From a plasmid: a stretch of DNA of 64,000 nt. The stretch is from sequence record NZ_CP015380.1. One strand, written 5' to 3'. Positions 1-9,422 of the stretch are shown in pieces (position 1 is the first letter of the stretch; each line of letters begins with the position of its first letter). Made by a program: the position numbers and the translations under genes. The notes below the pieces were generated by a model. That model was given only the letters and a program-made list of their open reading frames with translations, searched no databases and was not told the origin of the DNA.

Positions 1-1381
1 AACGGCAGCCAGCTGTTTGCCACTAATACCAATGTGGGGACGAATACCACGAACTTAGCCAACCTGGGCACCAGTACCGCCAGCGCACTGGGCGGCGGGG
101 CCGCCTACAACAGCACGACCGGTGCGTGGACCGCCCCGAGCTACACCGTACAGGGAAGCAGCTACAGCAACATCGGTGATGCGTTTGGCGGCGTAGACAG
201 CAGCCTGACCGCGCTTAACAATAGCGTGTCGTCCGGTAGCACGGGGGTCGTGCAGCGTACCAGTACGGCTAACGTCGCAACCTTGACCGCAGCCGGTGGA
301 ACAGCCTCTGCACCGGGAGAGGCCCAGAAGCTAACTAATCTGGCTGAGGGGAAACTGACCGCGGATTCAACGGATGCCGTCAACGGCAGCCAGTTATACG
401 CTGTAGCTGATCAGGTTTCTAAAATACTACCGACATTGCTGGCCTGACCACTATTGTTAACAATTCGACTGAGAGCAATCTAGTGAAACAAAGCAGTGAG
501 GATAACAGCATCAATATCGGCGCTAATAAGGCGGGGAAAACCGTGTCTATCGGGGTACGGAAGGTAACCGAATCTTAAGTGGCGTGGCCGACGGAGTAGC
601 GGCCAATGATGCTGCCACAGTAGGACAATTGCAGGGGGTTATGGGCAATATCAGTAGTCGAGATGATACTGGCTTGGGCGTGGCGAAAGCGACTGGTAAA
701 AATGGATTAGCGGTCGGTGCGGGTTCGGTGGCTTCAGGCGACTTCAGTACGGCTAACGGTGCGGGCGCGCAGGCCACGGCGGCTAACAGTAGCGCTAGCG
801 GTAGCGGTGCCAAAGCAACGACTGAGAATTCCTCTGCGTTCGGCCAGGGGGCTACAGCCTCAGGGGCGAGTGCGCTAGCGGTAGGACAGGGTAGTAGCGC
901 CACAGGTTCACAGACTGTTGCATTAGGTACGGGTAGTCATGCTAGCGGTGCCCAGTCCGTGGCGTTGGGCAATGGTTCAGTGGCAGATAGAGACAATAGC
1001 GTTTCCGTCGGTAGTGTAGGTCACGAACGTCAGGTAACCAATGTCGCCGCGGGTACGGCCAGAACCGATGCTGCCAACGTGGGGCAGGTCAATGACGCTT
1101 TCCAGAGTTTAGGCAAAAGCGTTAACAAAAAGATTAATGATCTGGATGATAAGCTGACCGGCGGGATAGCCTCGGCGATGGCGATGTCGGGTATTCCTCA
1201 GGTGTATCAACCTAACTCAAGTTTGGTTGGTGCCTCGGCTTCGACGTATAACGGTCAGTCAGCTATTTCGGTCGGTGTCTCTAAAACATCTGAAGATGGA
1301 AAGTGGATTTTTAAAGTCAACGGCAGTGGTAATACCCAGAGTGACTTTGGTGCCTCAGTGGGGGTTGGGTACCAGTGGTAA
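1..1381 (+). pseudogene. YadA-like trimeric autotransporter adhesin, C-terminal part, disrupted by frameshifts
   Basis: Coding continues in three frames (1..447, ~449..575, 584..1381). It carries repeated NGSQL(F/Y)A and SVGHERQVTNVAAGT..DAANVGQV stalk/neck motifs. The C-terminal membrane anchor ends ...GASVGVGYQW, typical of the YadA family. Confidence 0.7.
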
Positions 1382-1558
1382 GACGGTTTACCCACTCGCC
1401 ATGACACCTGACATATTCACTTTGGGTTAGATTAACGGGCGGCTCATAGGTCGCCCATTATCTCATTAACGCTCTACCACTCGCATTAAAGTGTCGATAA
1501 AAAGGGTGTGCAGGGCCGATCGAGAGGAGCGCTTGGTACATCAGAGGATATCCTGACC

Positions 1559-2122
1559 ATGAAGAACGTTACGATGGATAAATTAAATATCACCACGCTT
1601 GTGCCTGAGAGCAATTATGCACCTTACTTTCAAGGGGTCTCGGTCATTTCATCATGTACCTATATGTCTCAAGGTTTGGTTTATTTGTGTCAGAGCGTTA
1701 AGTGCGTCGCTCGCACTTATCTGATTGACTTTTTTTCCGCTAACTATTTATTTAAATACGGCGCCACACTGACGAGTAAAAAGTTCTTTGCTCCCTATCA
1801 TCACTATGTCGTCCACGTATCCATGGGACAGGACACGATGTTTGCTGACTTGATGGCGCTTATTGTCATTACTAATAATCTACCGTTAACTAGCACGATT
1901 ACGATATTGAGCAAGCTGCCGCCAGATTTTATTTATCACACGCTCCACCTCAATCTGCATAAGCGGGTTACCCTTACAAGATGTCGATGGATATGTGCCA
2001 AAAACCCGCCGTCGTATATCAGCGCAACGATACCCTGCCCATCTCGTCACTCTACGGCGGTTATGTTGGAAAGGGGGGAGACGGCCGAAAATAGCCGTTA
2101 TATCGGGCTAACATGCTTTTAA
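1559..2122 (+). CDS. hypothetical protein (AT-rich, no recognisable domain; start uncertain)
   Basis: Long ORF (six-frame track 1508..2122) upstream of and co-oriented with the EAL gene. No motif recognised. Confidence 0.25.
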   Translation: MKNVTMDKLNITTLVPESNYAPYFQGVSVISSCTYMSQGLVYLCQSVKCVARTYLIDFFSANYLFKYGATLTSKKFFAPYHHYVVHVSMGQDTMFADLMALIVITNNLPLTSTITILSKLPPDFIYHTLHLNLHKRVTLTRCRWICAKNPPSYISATIPCPSRHSTAVMLERGETAENSRYIGLTCF

Positions 2123-2258
2123 ATCAATATGTTAATAATTTTTCGCTACCCTCATTCGGGAATAAGGAATGTGAAAATGAGAAGTAAACAATTCCACCAT
2201 CATAAACTCTCTGGGCTCAGAAAACTGTCACAACTTCCAGGCAAAGAAGGGCAAGTGT

Positions 2259-3029
2259 TTGCTGGATTTATTCATTCAAAAAAAAGTCTCCATGCCCCCT
2301 TTAGCTAGCGAGGCGGAGGCGTTTAAGGCATTAGCGGATGGCGCTATCTTTCCATTTTATCAACCAGTCGTGAACAGAGATAAACATATCCTAGGTTATG
2401 AGTTGTTGATGCGCTGGCAAATAGGTGATGACATTCTTTCCCCGGCGGTGTTTATGGCGAACTTTCATTCTAGCCGGCTGTGGCAGCAACTCACGGAAAT
2501 GATGGTGCATTCAGCGATTAATACAATTCTCCGCTTTCGGGGTAGCACCACTTTTGCTGTCAACCTACCGGATTGCTTGCTCTACGAGGAGTGGATTGAA
2601 CATATTATGAAGCAGGTACGACATCGTTTAGTGGGTAAAGCTTCGATGTCACGCTTAGTGTTTGAAATTAGTGAACATTCCGTTCTTACCGAGCTATCCG
2701 AGGGCGGGAGGGCAATCGCCTTGCTGCGGGAGAATGGGTGCCGTGTATATTTGGATGATTGCTTTGGGGAGACAAGCGTTATTTTTCCCGTGAAAAATAT
2801 TCCGCTCGACGGATTTAAGATAGATAAAAGCATTGTCGATACTTTTCAAAACAACACGTATCATGAAAATTTGATACGGTCGTTGATTTATTTATGTTGC
2901 CTGAACCAGACAATTTGCATTGCCGAAGGAGTCGATACTCCGGATAAATTTGAGGCGCTGGCGGCGCTAGGTATCAACGCTTTTCAGGGATATCTAATAG
3001 GGAGACCGGAGGTTCTGAGTTTTGATTAG
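2259..3029 (+). CDS. EAL-domain protein (c-di-GMP phosphodiesterase-like, possibly degenerate)
   Basis: Motifs FPFYQPVV, EISEHS, YLDDCFGE, GFKIDKSIV and QGYLIGRP match the EAL-domain signature blocks (YQP, E.TE, DDFGTG, KIDKSF, QGYLF..P). Confidence 0.6.
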   Translation: MLDLFIQKKVSMPPLASEAEAFKALADGAIFPFYQPVVNRDKHILGYELLMRWQIGDDILSPAVFMANFHSSRLWQQLTEMMVHSAINTILRFRGSTTFAVNLPDCLLYEEWIEHIMKQVRHRLVGKASMSRLVFEISEHSVLTELSEGGRAIALLRENGCRVYLDDCFGETSVIFPVKNIPLDGFKIDKSIVDTFQNNTYHENLIRSLIYLCCLNQTICIAEGVDTPDKFEALAALGINAFQGYLIGRPEVLSFD

Positions 3030-3574
3030 AAGCCCTGTTATAGAGGAAAAACGGTGCTATATGGTGAGGCTAAAAGATATTCTGAGCGTGATAAAGTCCT
3101 AAACCCCCTAACCATGCTCCGGATTTTCGCGCATATACTGTGTACCCTCTTTTTATTAAACCCCAATGGGCTGCTGAAGGCGATTTGTCTCAATGGCCCA
3201 CGCCAACAAAAAATAATTAATCCGCTTTGCGATGTTTGGGAAGAGCTGCCGCGCGGACGTTTTCATATATCGATGTGTCGACGGCAATGATAAGATTTCG
3301 CGCCTGACCGTTTTATTCGATATCAGGCAGGGACAGTGACCTCTGCTTGCCCGCGCCGAAAAAACACGCACCGTTGGCGCACGGGAATGCAGCGGTGCTA
3401 ACGCACCGCATATCTCCCCGTTTCGTGATGTCAGAGTAGTGTGTTGCGTTGTGTTTCCATACAGCCTATTGCCTATTGCTGTTCTTCTTCCTCTCCATCT
3501 TCTTCATCTTCTCCTGAATATACATCTTTCTGCTGTAGTGCTTTTTCTCTTTACCTCTTAAAAATCCAAACAAC

Positions 3575-3840
3575 AGCCTATGGGGCACCGAGGGCGTGTG
3601 CTGTTCCGGCCCAAGATGACTGACACAACTAGTCGCGCCCTGACTGCGGGCACGCCAAGTTTTACGCAGCCACTCGACGTGTCTGCGCCCATGCGGGGTA
3701 GAGCCGCTGCTGTAAGGTCAACAGCATCGCTTGCTGTGACCTGCTGGTCACGCCGCTTTCACTGCCGGCGAGAGAATGCCGGCGCTAAGGGGCAATGCCG
3801 TTTCGCGCCCGCGCGTTTCGTCATTGCGGCGGGTTTCTGC
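3575..3840 (+). promoter_or_regulatory. Frpo/ssi-like structured leading-region element, copy A (immediately upstream of ssb)
   Basis: About 250 bp highly similar to 6585..6845. It contains the long imperfect palindrome gcttgctgtgacctgctggtcacgccgc and is preceded by a polypyrimidine tract. Position upstream of the plasmid ssb matches the single-strand promoter (Frpo/ssi) elements of F/ColIb leading regions. Confidence 0.5.
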
Positions 3841-4182
3841 TCATCAACGCTGGCTGATTTCCCCCCTTTGAGTCCGAACGCCGGGGCTGAGATAACCACA
3901 ACGCGTCTTGCTGTCCAGGGACGCAAAAGCCTTTCGCAATAAATTTATGGCGGCCATTTCGCAAGCTTCATTAGACCGCCATAAATTTCCCGCTCACCCC
4001 GGACAGCTTCACCACGCTGTGCTGATTGACGCCCTTGCGGCGTACGGCTCTCAAACGGGTGAAGGTAACAACCAGCGGGAGTGTGCAGCAGGTCCCCGCA
4101 AAACGTCAAAACCGCGGCCCCGGCAACTCAACGGGTGATGGTTTTTAAAGGCAAAAAATCAACGAATATCAGGAGAGACACT

Positions 4183-4710
4183 ATGGCGAGCAAAGGCGTT
4201 AATAAAGTGATTTTAGTGGGACATTTAGGCCAAGAACCCGAAGTACGCTACATGCCAAATGGGGGCGCGGTGGCTAATTTATCACTGGCCACCTCAGAAA
4301 CATGGCGTGATAAGCAATCGGGCGAACAAAAAGAAAAAACCGAATGGCATCGCGTTGTGGTGTTTGGCAAGTTGGCTGAAATCGCAGGGGAATACCTGCA
4401 AAAGGGCTCACAGGTCTATATCGAGGGGGCTTTGCAAACTCGTAAGTGGACAGACACGCAAGGGAACGAGCGTTACACCACCGAAATTATCGTCAACGTG
4501 GGCGGCACTCTACAGATGCTGGGCAACCGTCTTGAAGCCAACCCAACCCCAGCACCGCAGACCAGCGGTCAGCCACAACAACAGGCAGCAACTCCCACAG
4601 CTAAAAAGGCCAGCAAAGTCAAAAAATCCAAGACCGCCGTACAGCCAGAATCTCAGCCGCAGAGCGGGGACTTCCCGCCGATGGATTTTGACGACGATAT
4701 CCCATTCTAG
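4183..4710 (+). CDS. ssb: single-stranded DNA-binding protein, plasmid leading-region type
   Basis: The protein [44 protein letters not shown]...DDDIPF is a canonical SSB OB-fold with the acidic C-terminal tail. An RBS aggagag precedes the ATG at 4183. Confidence 0.9.
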   Translation: MASKGVNKVILVGHLGQEPEVRYMPNGGAVANLSLATSETWRDKQSGEQKEKTEWHRVVVFGKLAEIAGEYLQKGSQVYIEGALQTRKWTDTQGNERYTTEIIVNVGGTLQMLGNRLEANPTPAPQTSGQPQQQAATPTAKKASKVKKSKTAVQPESQPQSGDFPPMDFDDDIPF

Positions 4711-4896
4711 AGTTGACTTGCCCTGCGAGAGCGGGGCTTAAACAGGAGAAATACTATGTCAGACAATATCGAGGCCAAGCCCTTAAAATCCCTGTCCGAT
4801 GGCACCTTCACCCGCGAACACGCAGTAAGCAGTAAGCGAGGTGCCGGATGCTAGGACATCCGGCAGACATTAATCAACACTATCGAGGTATCAACC

Positions 4897-5196
4897 ATGT
4901 CAGAGAAGAATACTAAAGCAACCCGTAATGCGAGTAAAGCGAGCAAAAAATCTCCCCCAATGGCGCAGGCCGAAGCAGCCAACACCGCGCTGCGTGATAT
5001 TCCCGTTTCTATGGTTAGCGTGAGTTCACTCGCCCATTCAACGCTGAACGTGCGCAAACAAGCCCCTGATGCTGCTAAATTGGCAGAGCTTGCCGAGAGC
5101 ATTAAAGCGGTTAGCCTTTTGCAGAATCTGGTGGCGTTCGAACAGTCAGATAGCCTGTTAACGTCCATCAGTTTGCGGCAACGCAGGCCATCATAG
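4897..5196 (+). pseudogene. ParB/Srx-like nuclease-domain protein (leading-region yubM-like), truncated after 99 aa
   Basis: The N-terminal motif IPVSMVSVSSLAHSTLNVRKQ...AELAESIKAVSLLQNLV is typical of ParB N-terminal domains. The ORF stops after 99 aa where homologues continue. Confidence 0.5.
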
Positions 5197-5450
5197 ATGT
5201 CGAGCATAAGCAGCTACGCGGCACATAACTCGGACAACATCCTTATGCGCGGGCTTTATTCCGCCACTTACGTGGTGGCGCGATGCGCATCACCGCCAGA
5301 GATAGACGAAGAAGATATCTAATGTATTGGGGATGTCTGTGTCACCACAGGCTAACCTTCATTTCAAAATGGTGAGTGTGTTAGTAAAACTTAGCTCTTA
5401 AAATGAATACAGATGTAATACATGTGAATTATACATGTATTCATTTTCTG

Positions 5451-5744
5451 TTATAAAAGCCGCTTTTGAGCCATCTCATAGGCCTTCTCGGCTTCTCGTT
5501 TGCCGACAGCAATCACCCATATAACTATCTCATCATCGATAACCTTGTAAATTAGACGAAAGCCTGATGCTCTTAGCTTTATTTTAAAGCAGCCAGCGAG
5601 ATCTCCATGCAATCTCGCTGATTCAACGTAAGGGTTTTGCTGCAGTTTTTTTAGCTTCTTTTTGAATTGTTCGCGGACAGTTTTTTCAAGCTTATTCCAT
5701 TCCTTGAAAGCCCTTTCGTCAAATTCAATACTAAAAGTCATCAA
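5451..5744 (-). CDS. relE: RelE toxin (type II TA)
   Basis: The 97-aa protein IEFDERAFKEWNKL..VREQFKKKL...CFKIKLRASGFRLIYKVIDDEIVIWVIAVGKRE aligns residue-for-residue with E. coli RelE as recalled from memory. Confidence 0.85.
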   Translation of the reverse strand: MMTFSIEFDERAFKEWNKLEKTVREQFKKKLKKLQQNPYVESARLHGDLAGCFKIKLRASGFRLIYKVIDDEIVIWVIAVGKREAEKAYEMAQKRLL

Positions 5745-5985
5745 CGTTAACCCTGATCCGTTTGCCCGGATTTTTCATCCTTTCTCTGACGACCGCCAAG
5801 ATATCAGCATCCTCATCATCTTCACTCACCATCACTGAGACTTCAGCAAAAGGCAGTTTTTCGTTCTCTACGACATATCGCAGGAACAGACGAAGTGCAT
5901 CAGAAGGAGACAGATTCAGTTTTTCAAAGGCCTGATAGGCATCTTTTTTCAGCTCGTCATCTACGCGGATTTGGATTGTGCTCAT
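5731..5985 (-). CDS. relB: RelB antitoxin
   Basis: The 84-aa protein MSTIQIRVDDELKKDAYQAFEKLNLSPSDALRLFLRYVVENEKLPF matches the RelB/DinJ fold. It overlaps relE by 14 nt. Palindromic operators lie upstream at 6020..6120 and 5400..5450. Confidence 0.85.
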   Translation of the reverse strand: MSTIQIRVDDELKKDAYQAFEKLNLSPSDALRLFLRYVVENEKLPFAEVSVMVSEDDEDADILAVVRERMKNPGKRIRVNVDDF

Positions 5986-6120
5986 TGCAAATACTCCGAT
6001 AGTTCATGTCCAATTATTATACACGCACTACATATGTAATGACAAATGTAGTGCTATATTATCTTGAATACGAATGGGGAATACCTCTTTAATGAATTAC
6101 ATTTGTATTACACGTGTAAT

Positions 6121-6335
6121 CTATTTGTGTTTCAATAATTGTGCATAATCACGATGATCGAGCGAGAAGGTCACGACCAACTGTGGCGCGACATCGAGCG
6201 CAAATACCTTTAGATAAACTTCGGTGCTTTCATAACGTTCATGCCCCATATAGGTTTGAACGACCTTAGGCGGAACATGATTGAAGAACAGGTGCATCGC
6301 AAAGCTGTGCCTAAATGTTTTTGGATTGAGTGTCT
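6121..6335 (-). pseudogene. C-terminal remnant of a tyrosine recombinase (ResD/Xer-like), no start
   Basis: The reverse-strand translation ...PKTFRHSFAMHLFFNHVPPKVVQTYMGHERYESTEVYLKVFALDVAPQLV... parallels the C-terminus of the recombinase at 57459..58250 (HTFRHSYAVHLLMNGIHIKQVQALMGHKRMENTEVYTKIFALDV). There is no N-terminal part. Confidence 0.55.
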
Positions 6336-6584
6336 GTAAAGCAAATTGTACCCCCTCCTCGGATGGATTGGATGTTGCTCAACAATAAGCTTTGCCAGGG
6401 TGTCCGGTAAACAAACAACGACAAACGCTGCTGTGGCTTCGCCACGGCGGCGCTCTTCATTTCACATTATACGGTCTTAAATCCCTTCACCAATAGTCTT
6501 CTTAATATCTAGATTTACTCTAGTTCTCCTGCTGTTCTTACCAACTTACCTATTTCTCGCTTAGACCCAAAAACAAAGCAAATG

Positions 6585-6845
6585 CCCTTGGGGCACCGAA
6601 GGCGTGCGCCGTTCCGACACACGACGACTGACACAACTAGTCGCGCCTAAACAAACGGGCACGCCAAGTTTTACGCAGCCACAAAAGGTGTCTGCGCCCA
6701 TGCGGGGTAGAGCCGTTGCTGGCAGGTCAACGGCATCGCTTGCTGTGACCTTAAGGTCACGCCGCTGTCACTGCCGGTGATAAAGCCACCGGCGCTAAGG
6801 ACGCCACGTTTTTAACGTGGCGAGTGTGTGCCTGCGCATTTATCG
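6585..6845 (+). promoter_or_regulatory. Frpo/ssi-like structured leading-region element, copy B
   Basis: Second copy of the ~250-bp element, in the same orientation as copy A. It lies ~300 bp upstream of the DUF932-like start of ORF 7128 and is also preceded by a CT-rich tract. Confidence 0.5.
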
Positions 6846-7127
6846 CCTGATTACCCACGCTCATGCGTTCTTTGCGGAGGGCTGGGTTTAGCACCACCCC
6901 CGTTCTAAACACAAAAGAGAATAAATGCCGCAAGCGGCCTTTTGTGTTTAGCCCTGGTCTGTCGCAACAACGCCCATTGCCGCAAGGAACTCATCGAGAG
7001 ATGGCTTAACCATCAGAGTAAGAAAAAATGCAGCTGGCACACACGAAACGTCAACACCGCCGCTGCAGAATCTATCGAAAGATAGGGAAGCCCGCTCAAG
7101 CATTTATTTAAATTTGGAGGTCATACC

Positions 7128-8678
7128 ATGAGACTCGCATCCCGCTTTGGCAATATTAACTCTGTACGTCGCGATCGTCCGTTAACGAATGATGAACTAG
7201 CACAATACGTCCCGAGTGTTTTTTCTGAAGAAAAACATGCGTCCCGTAGTGCGCGATATACCTATATTCCGACTATCACCCTGCTTGATAAATTGCGCGC
7301 TGAAGGATTCCAGCCGTTTTATGCCTGTCAAACCCGTGTACGCGATGAAGATAAGCGCGGTCATACCAAACATCTACTACGTTTGCGTCGTGAAGAAGGG
7401 ATCGCCATTACGGGAAAGGAAGTGCCTGAAATTATTCTGCTCAATAGCCATGATGGTTCGAGCAGTTATCAAATGCTGCCGGGAATGTTCCGATTTGCAT
7501 GCGCCATCCGCTACCTGCACGGCATAGAGCGTAACGGCGAACCCTTCACCATCCGTGACTGGATGCGCGGGGTACGTGAAGATGGCAATAACGGTTGGTT
7601 GTTTATCTCATCGAATGCCGATACTCACGCGTCCCTTAAGCCGGTGATATCGATGTGGCTGTCGTTGGCCATTCGCGGCCTATTGGCGATGGGGGAGAAT
7701 CGTCAGCGCCGCGTTTGGTTTTTTGCCGATGAGATACCAACCCTGCATAAACTGCCGGATTTGGTAGAAATCGTGCCCGAGGCGCGAAAGTTCGGTGGTT
7801 GCTACGTGTTGGGCTTCCAGTCCTACGCCCAGTTGGAAGATATCTATGGCGCCAAAGGCGCTGCCACGCTGTTCGATGTGCTTAATACCCGCGCCTTCTT
7901 CCGCTCGCCGAGTAAGCAGATTGCGGATTTTGCCGCCGGTGAAATCGGTGAAAAAGAGCAGCTCAAAGCTTCCGAGCAATATTCTTACGGTGTCGACCCT
8001 GTGCGTGATGGCACCTCGGTGGGCAAAGACATGGAGCGTGTGACGCTGGTGAGCTACAGCGACATTCAAACCCTGCCCGATTTAACCTGCTATATCACGC
8101 TGCCGGGGCCGTACCCGGCGGTGAAACTGCCGCTGAAGTACCAGACGCGTCCCAAGGTCGCACCGGAATTTATCGCCCGCACTATCGATACCGACGCCGA
8201 GACGCACCTGAGTGCCGTACTGGCCGCTCGTGAGGAAGAAGGACGTGGGATTGCCGAGCTCTTTACCCCTGATGCTGAGACAGCCGAACCCGCCTCGACG
8301 GAAAATGAGCCCGTTGCTGAGACAGCGACTCAAACTCAAACGACACCGCCTGTTACGCCTCTTCGCGAAGAGAGCGCACCGAAGCCAGCACCCAAAACGT
8401 CACCTAAGGCAGCTGCCGCATCGACAACGGCGGCCAGCGCCACCGCAGCGGCGGTGGTTGCACCGGTCGGCGGCGTAGAGCAAGAACTCGAGGAACATGA
8501 AGAGGCGTTACCGCCGGGTATTGATAGCCAAGGCGAACTGGTTGATCCGGATGCTTACGAGCGTTGGCAAGCTGAGCATGAGGCTAACGGCCAGCGCACG
8601 ATGCAACGCCGTGAAGAGGTCAATATCAATCACGGTCAGTCGTCTCTCGATGACGTTGAAGTAGGAGATACATTTTGA
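7128..8678 (+). pseudogene. traD: chimeric ORF: DUF932-like leading-region protein N-terminus fused to the C-terminal part of type IV coupling protein TraD
   Basis: The first ~140 aa ([19 protein letters not shown]...) resemble DUF932 leading-region proteins. From ~7560 the sequence is T4CP-like ([48 protein letters not shown], Walker-B region) and ends in a Pro/Ala/acidic tail like TraD. The N-terminal two-thirds of TraD are missing. Confidence 0.55.
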
Positions 8679-8684
8679 GGGTAA

Positions 8685-9083
8685 CTAGATCCAATCTTCC
8701 AGCCGCAGACCAGAAACACGCTCAAACTCACGTGTATTGTTAGTGACAACGATAAGTCCACAACTCCGAGCATGACCAGCAATCATCAGGTCATAGGGGC
8801 CAATAGGTTTACCAAAGCGCGCTAGCTCAGCCCTAATTTGACCAGAATGTGCGGCTGCATAGCAGTCGTAATTAAGTACGGATAAACGTGCCGTAAAACC
8901 TTCAATGATGGCTAAGTTACGCTCAGGTGCGGTGCTTTTTTCCGCACCATAAATGAGCTCCATTAAAGTCACTGAACTAATACAAAGTTGATGACTGTGG
9001 CAATTGAATTTTTCGCGTACAGACTCCGGTTTATTTTTAATGGTGAAAATACAAATGTTGGTATCAAGCATGTATTTGAGCAT
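8685..9083 (-). CDS. vapC: PIN-domain toxin VapC
   Basis: The 132-aa protein MLKYMLDTNICIF...VTNNTREFERV has PIN-domain acidic residues. Its ATGA overlaps vapB. Confidence 0.85.
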   Translation of the reverse strand: MLKYMLDTNICIFTIKNKPESVREKFNCHSHQLCISSVTLMELIYGAEKSTAPERNLAIIEGFTARLSVLNYDCYAAAHSGQIRAELARFGKPIGPYDLMIAGHARSCGLIVVTNNTREFERVSGLRLEDWI

Positions 9084-9310
9084 TACAGGGCCTCACGCTC
9101 TTGCATTTCAGGTTGTTCGCGCTCAGACATAAAGTCATCTGTAACCGAATTTCCCTCAAACCAACTATCCCATGATTCTCCGGCTGGCGTAATTAAGCGA
9201 GTTCGACCTATAGCAATGATCTCTACACGTTTGACATCTTCGGGTAGTGCCACGGCTTTGGGTAAACGAACAGCCTGACTGCGATTGCTGAGGAATACGC
9301 TAGTTTCCAT
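9083..9310 (-). CDS. vapB: VapB antitoxin
   Basis: The 75-aa protein METSVFLSNRSQAVRLPKAVALPEDVKRVEIIAIGRTRLITP is a SpoVT/AbrB-like VapB/MvpA. Confidence 0.8.
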   Translation of the reverse strand: METSVFLSNRSQAVRLPKAVALPEDVKRVEIIAIGRTRLITPAGESWDSWFEGNSVTDDFMSEREQPEMQEREAL

Positions 9311-9422
9311 GTGTGTCTCCTTTGGATATACGAGATGTATATCCAGTGTAGTTTACTTGTTGGATATGTCAATGGGATATCCCTCTTCTATTTAAGATAC
9401 AACAAACAAAAGGTTATCTGCG

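Noticed and set aside
3441-3623. 60-aa ORF with SSSSPSSSSS run
   Set aside because: It is the translation of the polypyrimidine tract preceding the Frpo/ssi-like element. Low complexity, non-coding.
4756-4854. 32-aa ORF (MSDNIEAKPLKSLSDGTF...) just downstream of ssb
   Set aside because: Too short and unsupported to call, although small genes do follow ssb in leading regions.
8212-8478. Arg-rich 88-aa ORF overlapping the TraD C-terminal tail
   Set aside because: It is an alternative frame of the Pro/Ala/Glu-rich TraD tail. No independent support.
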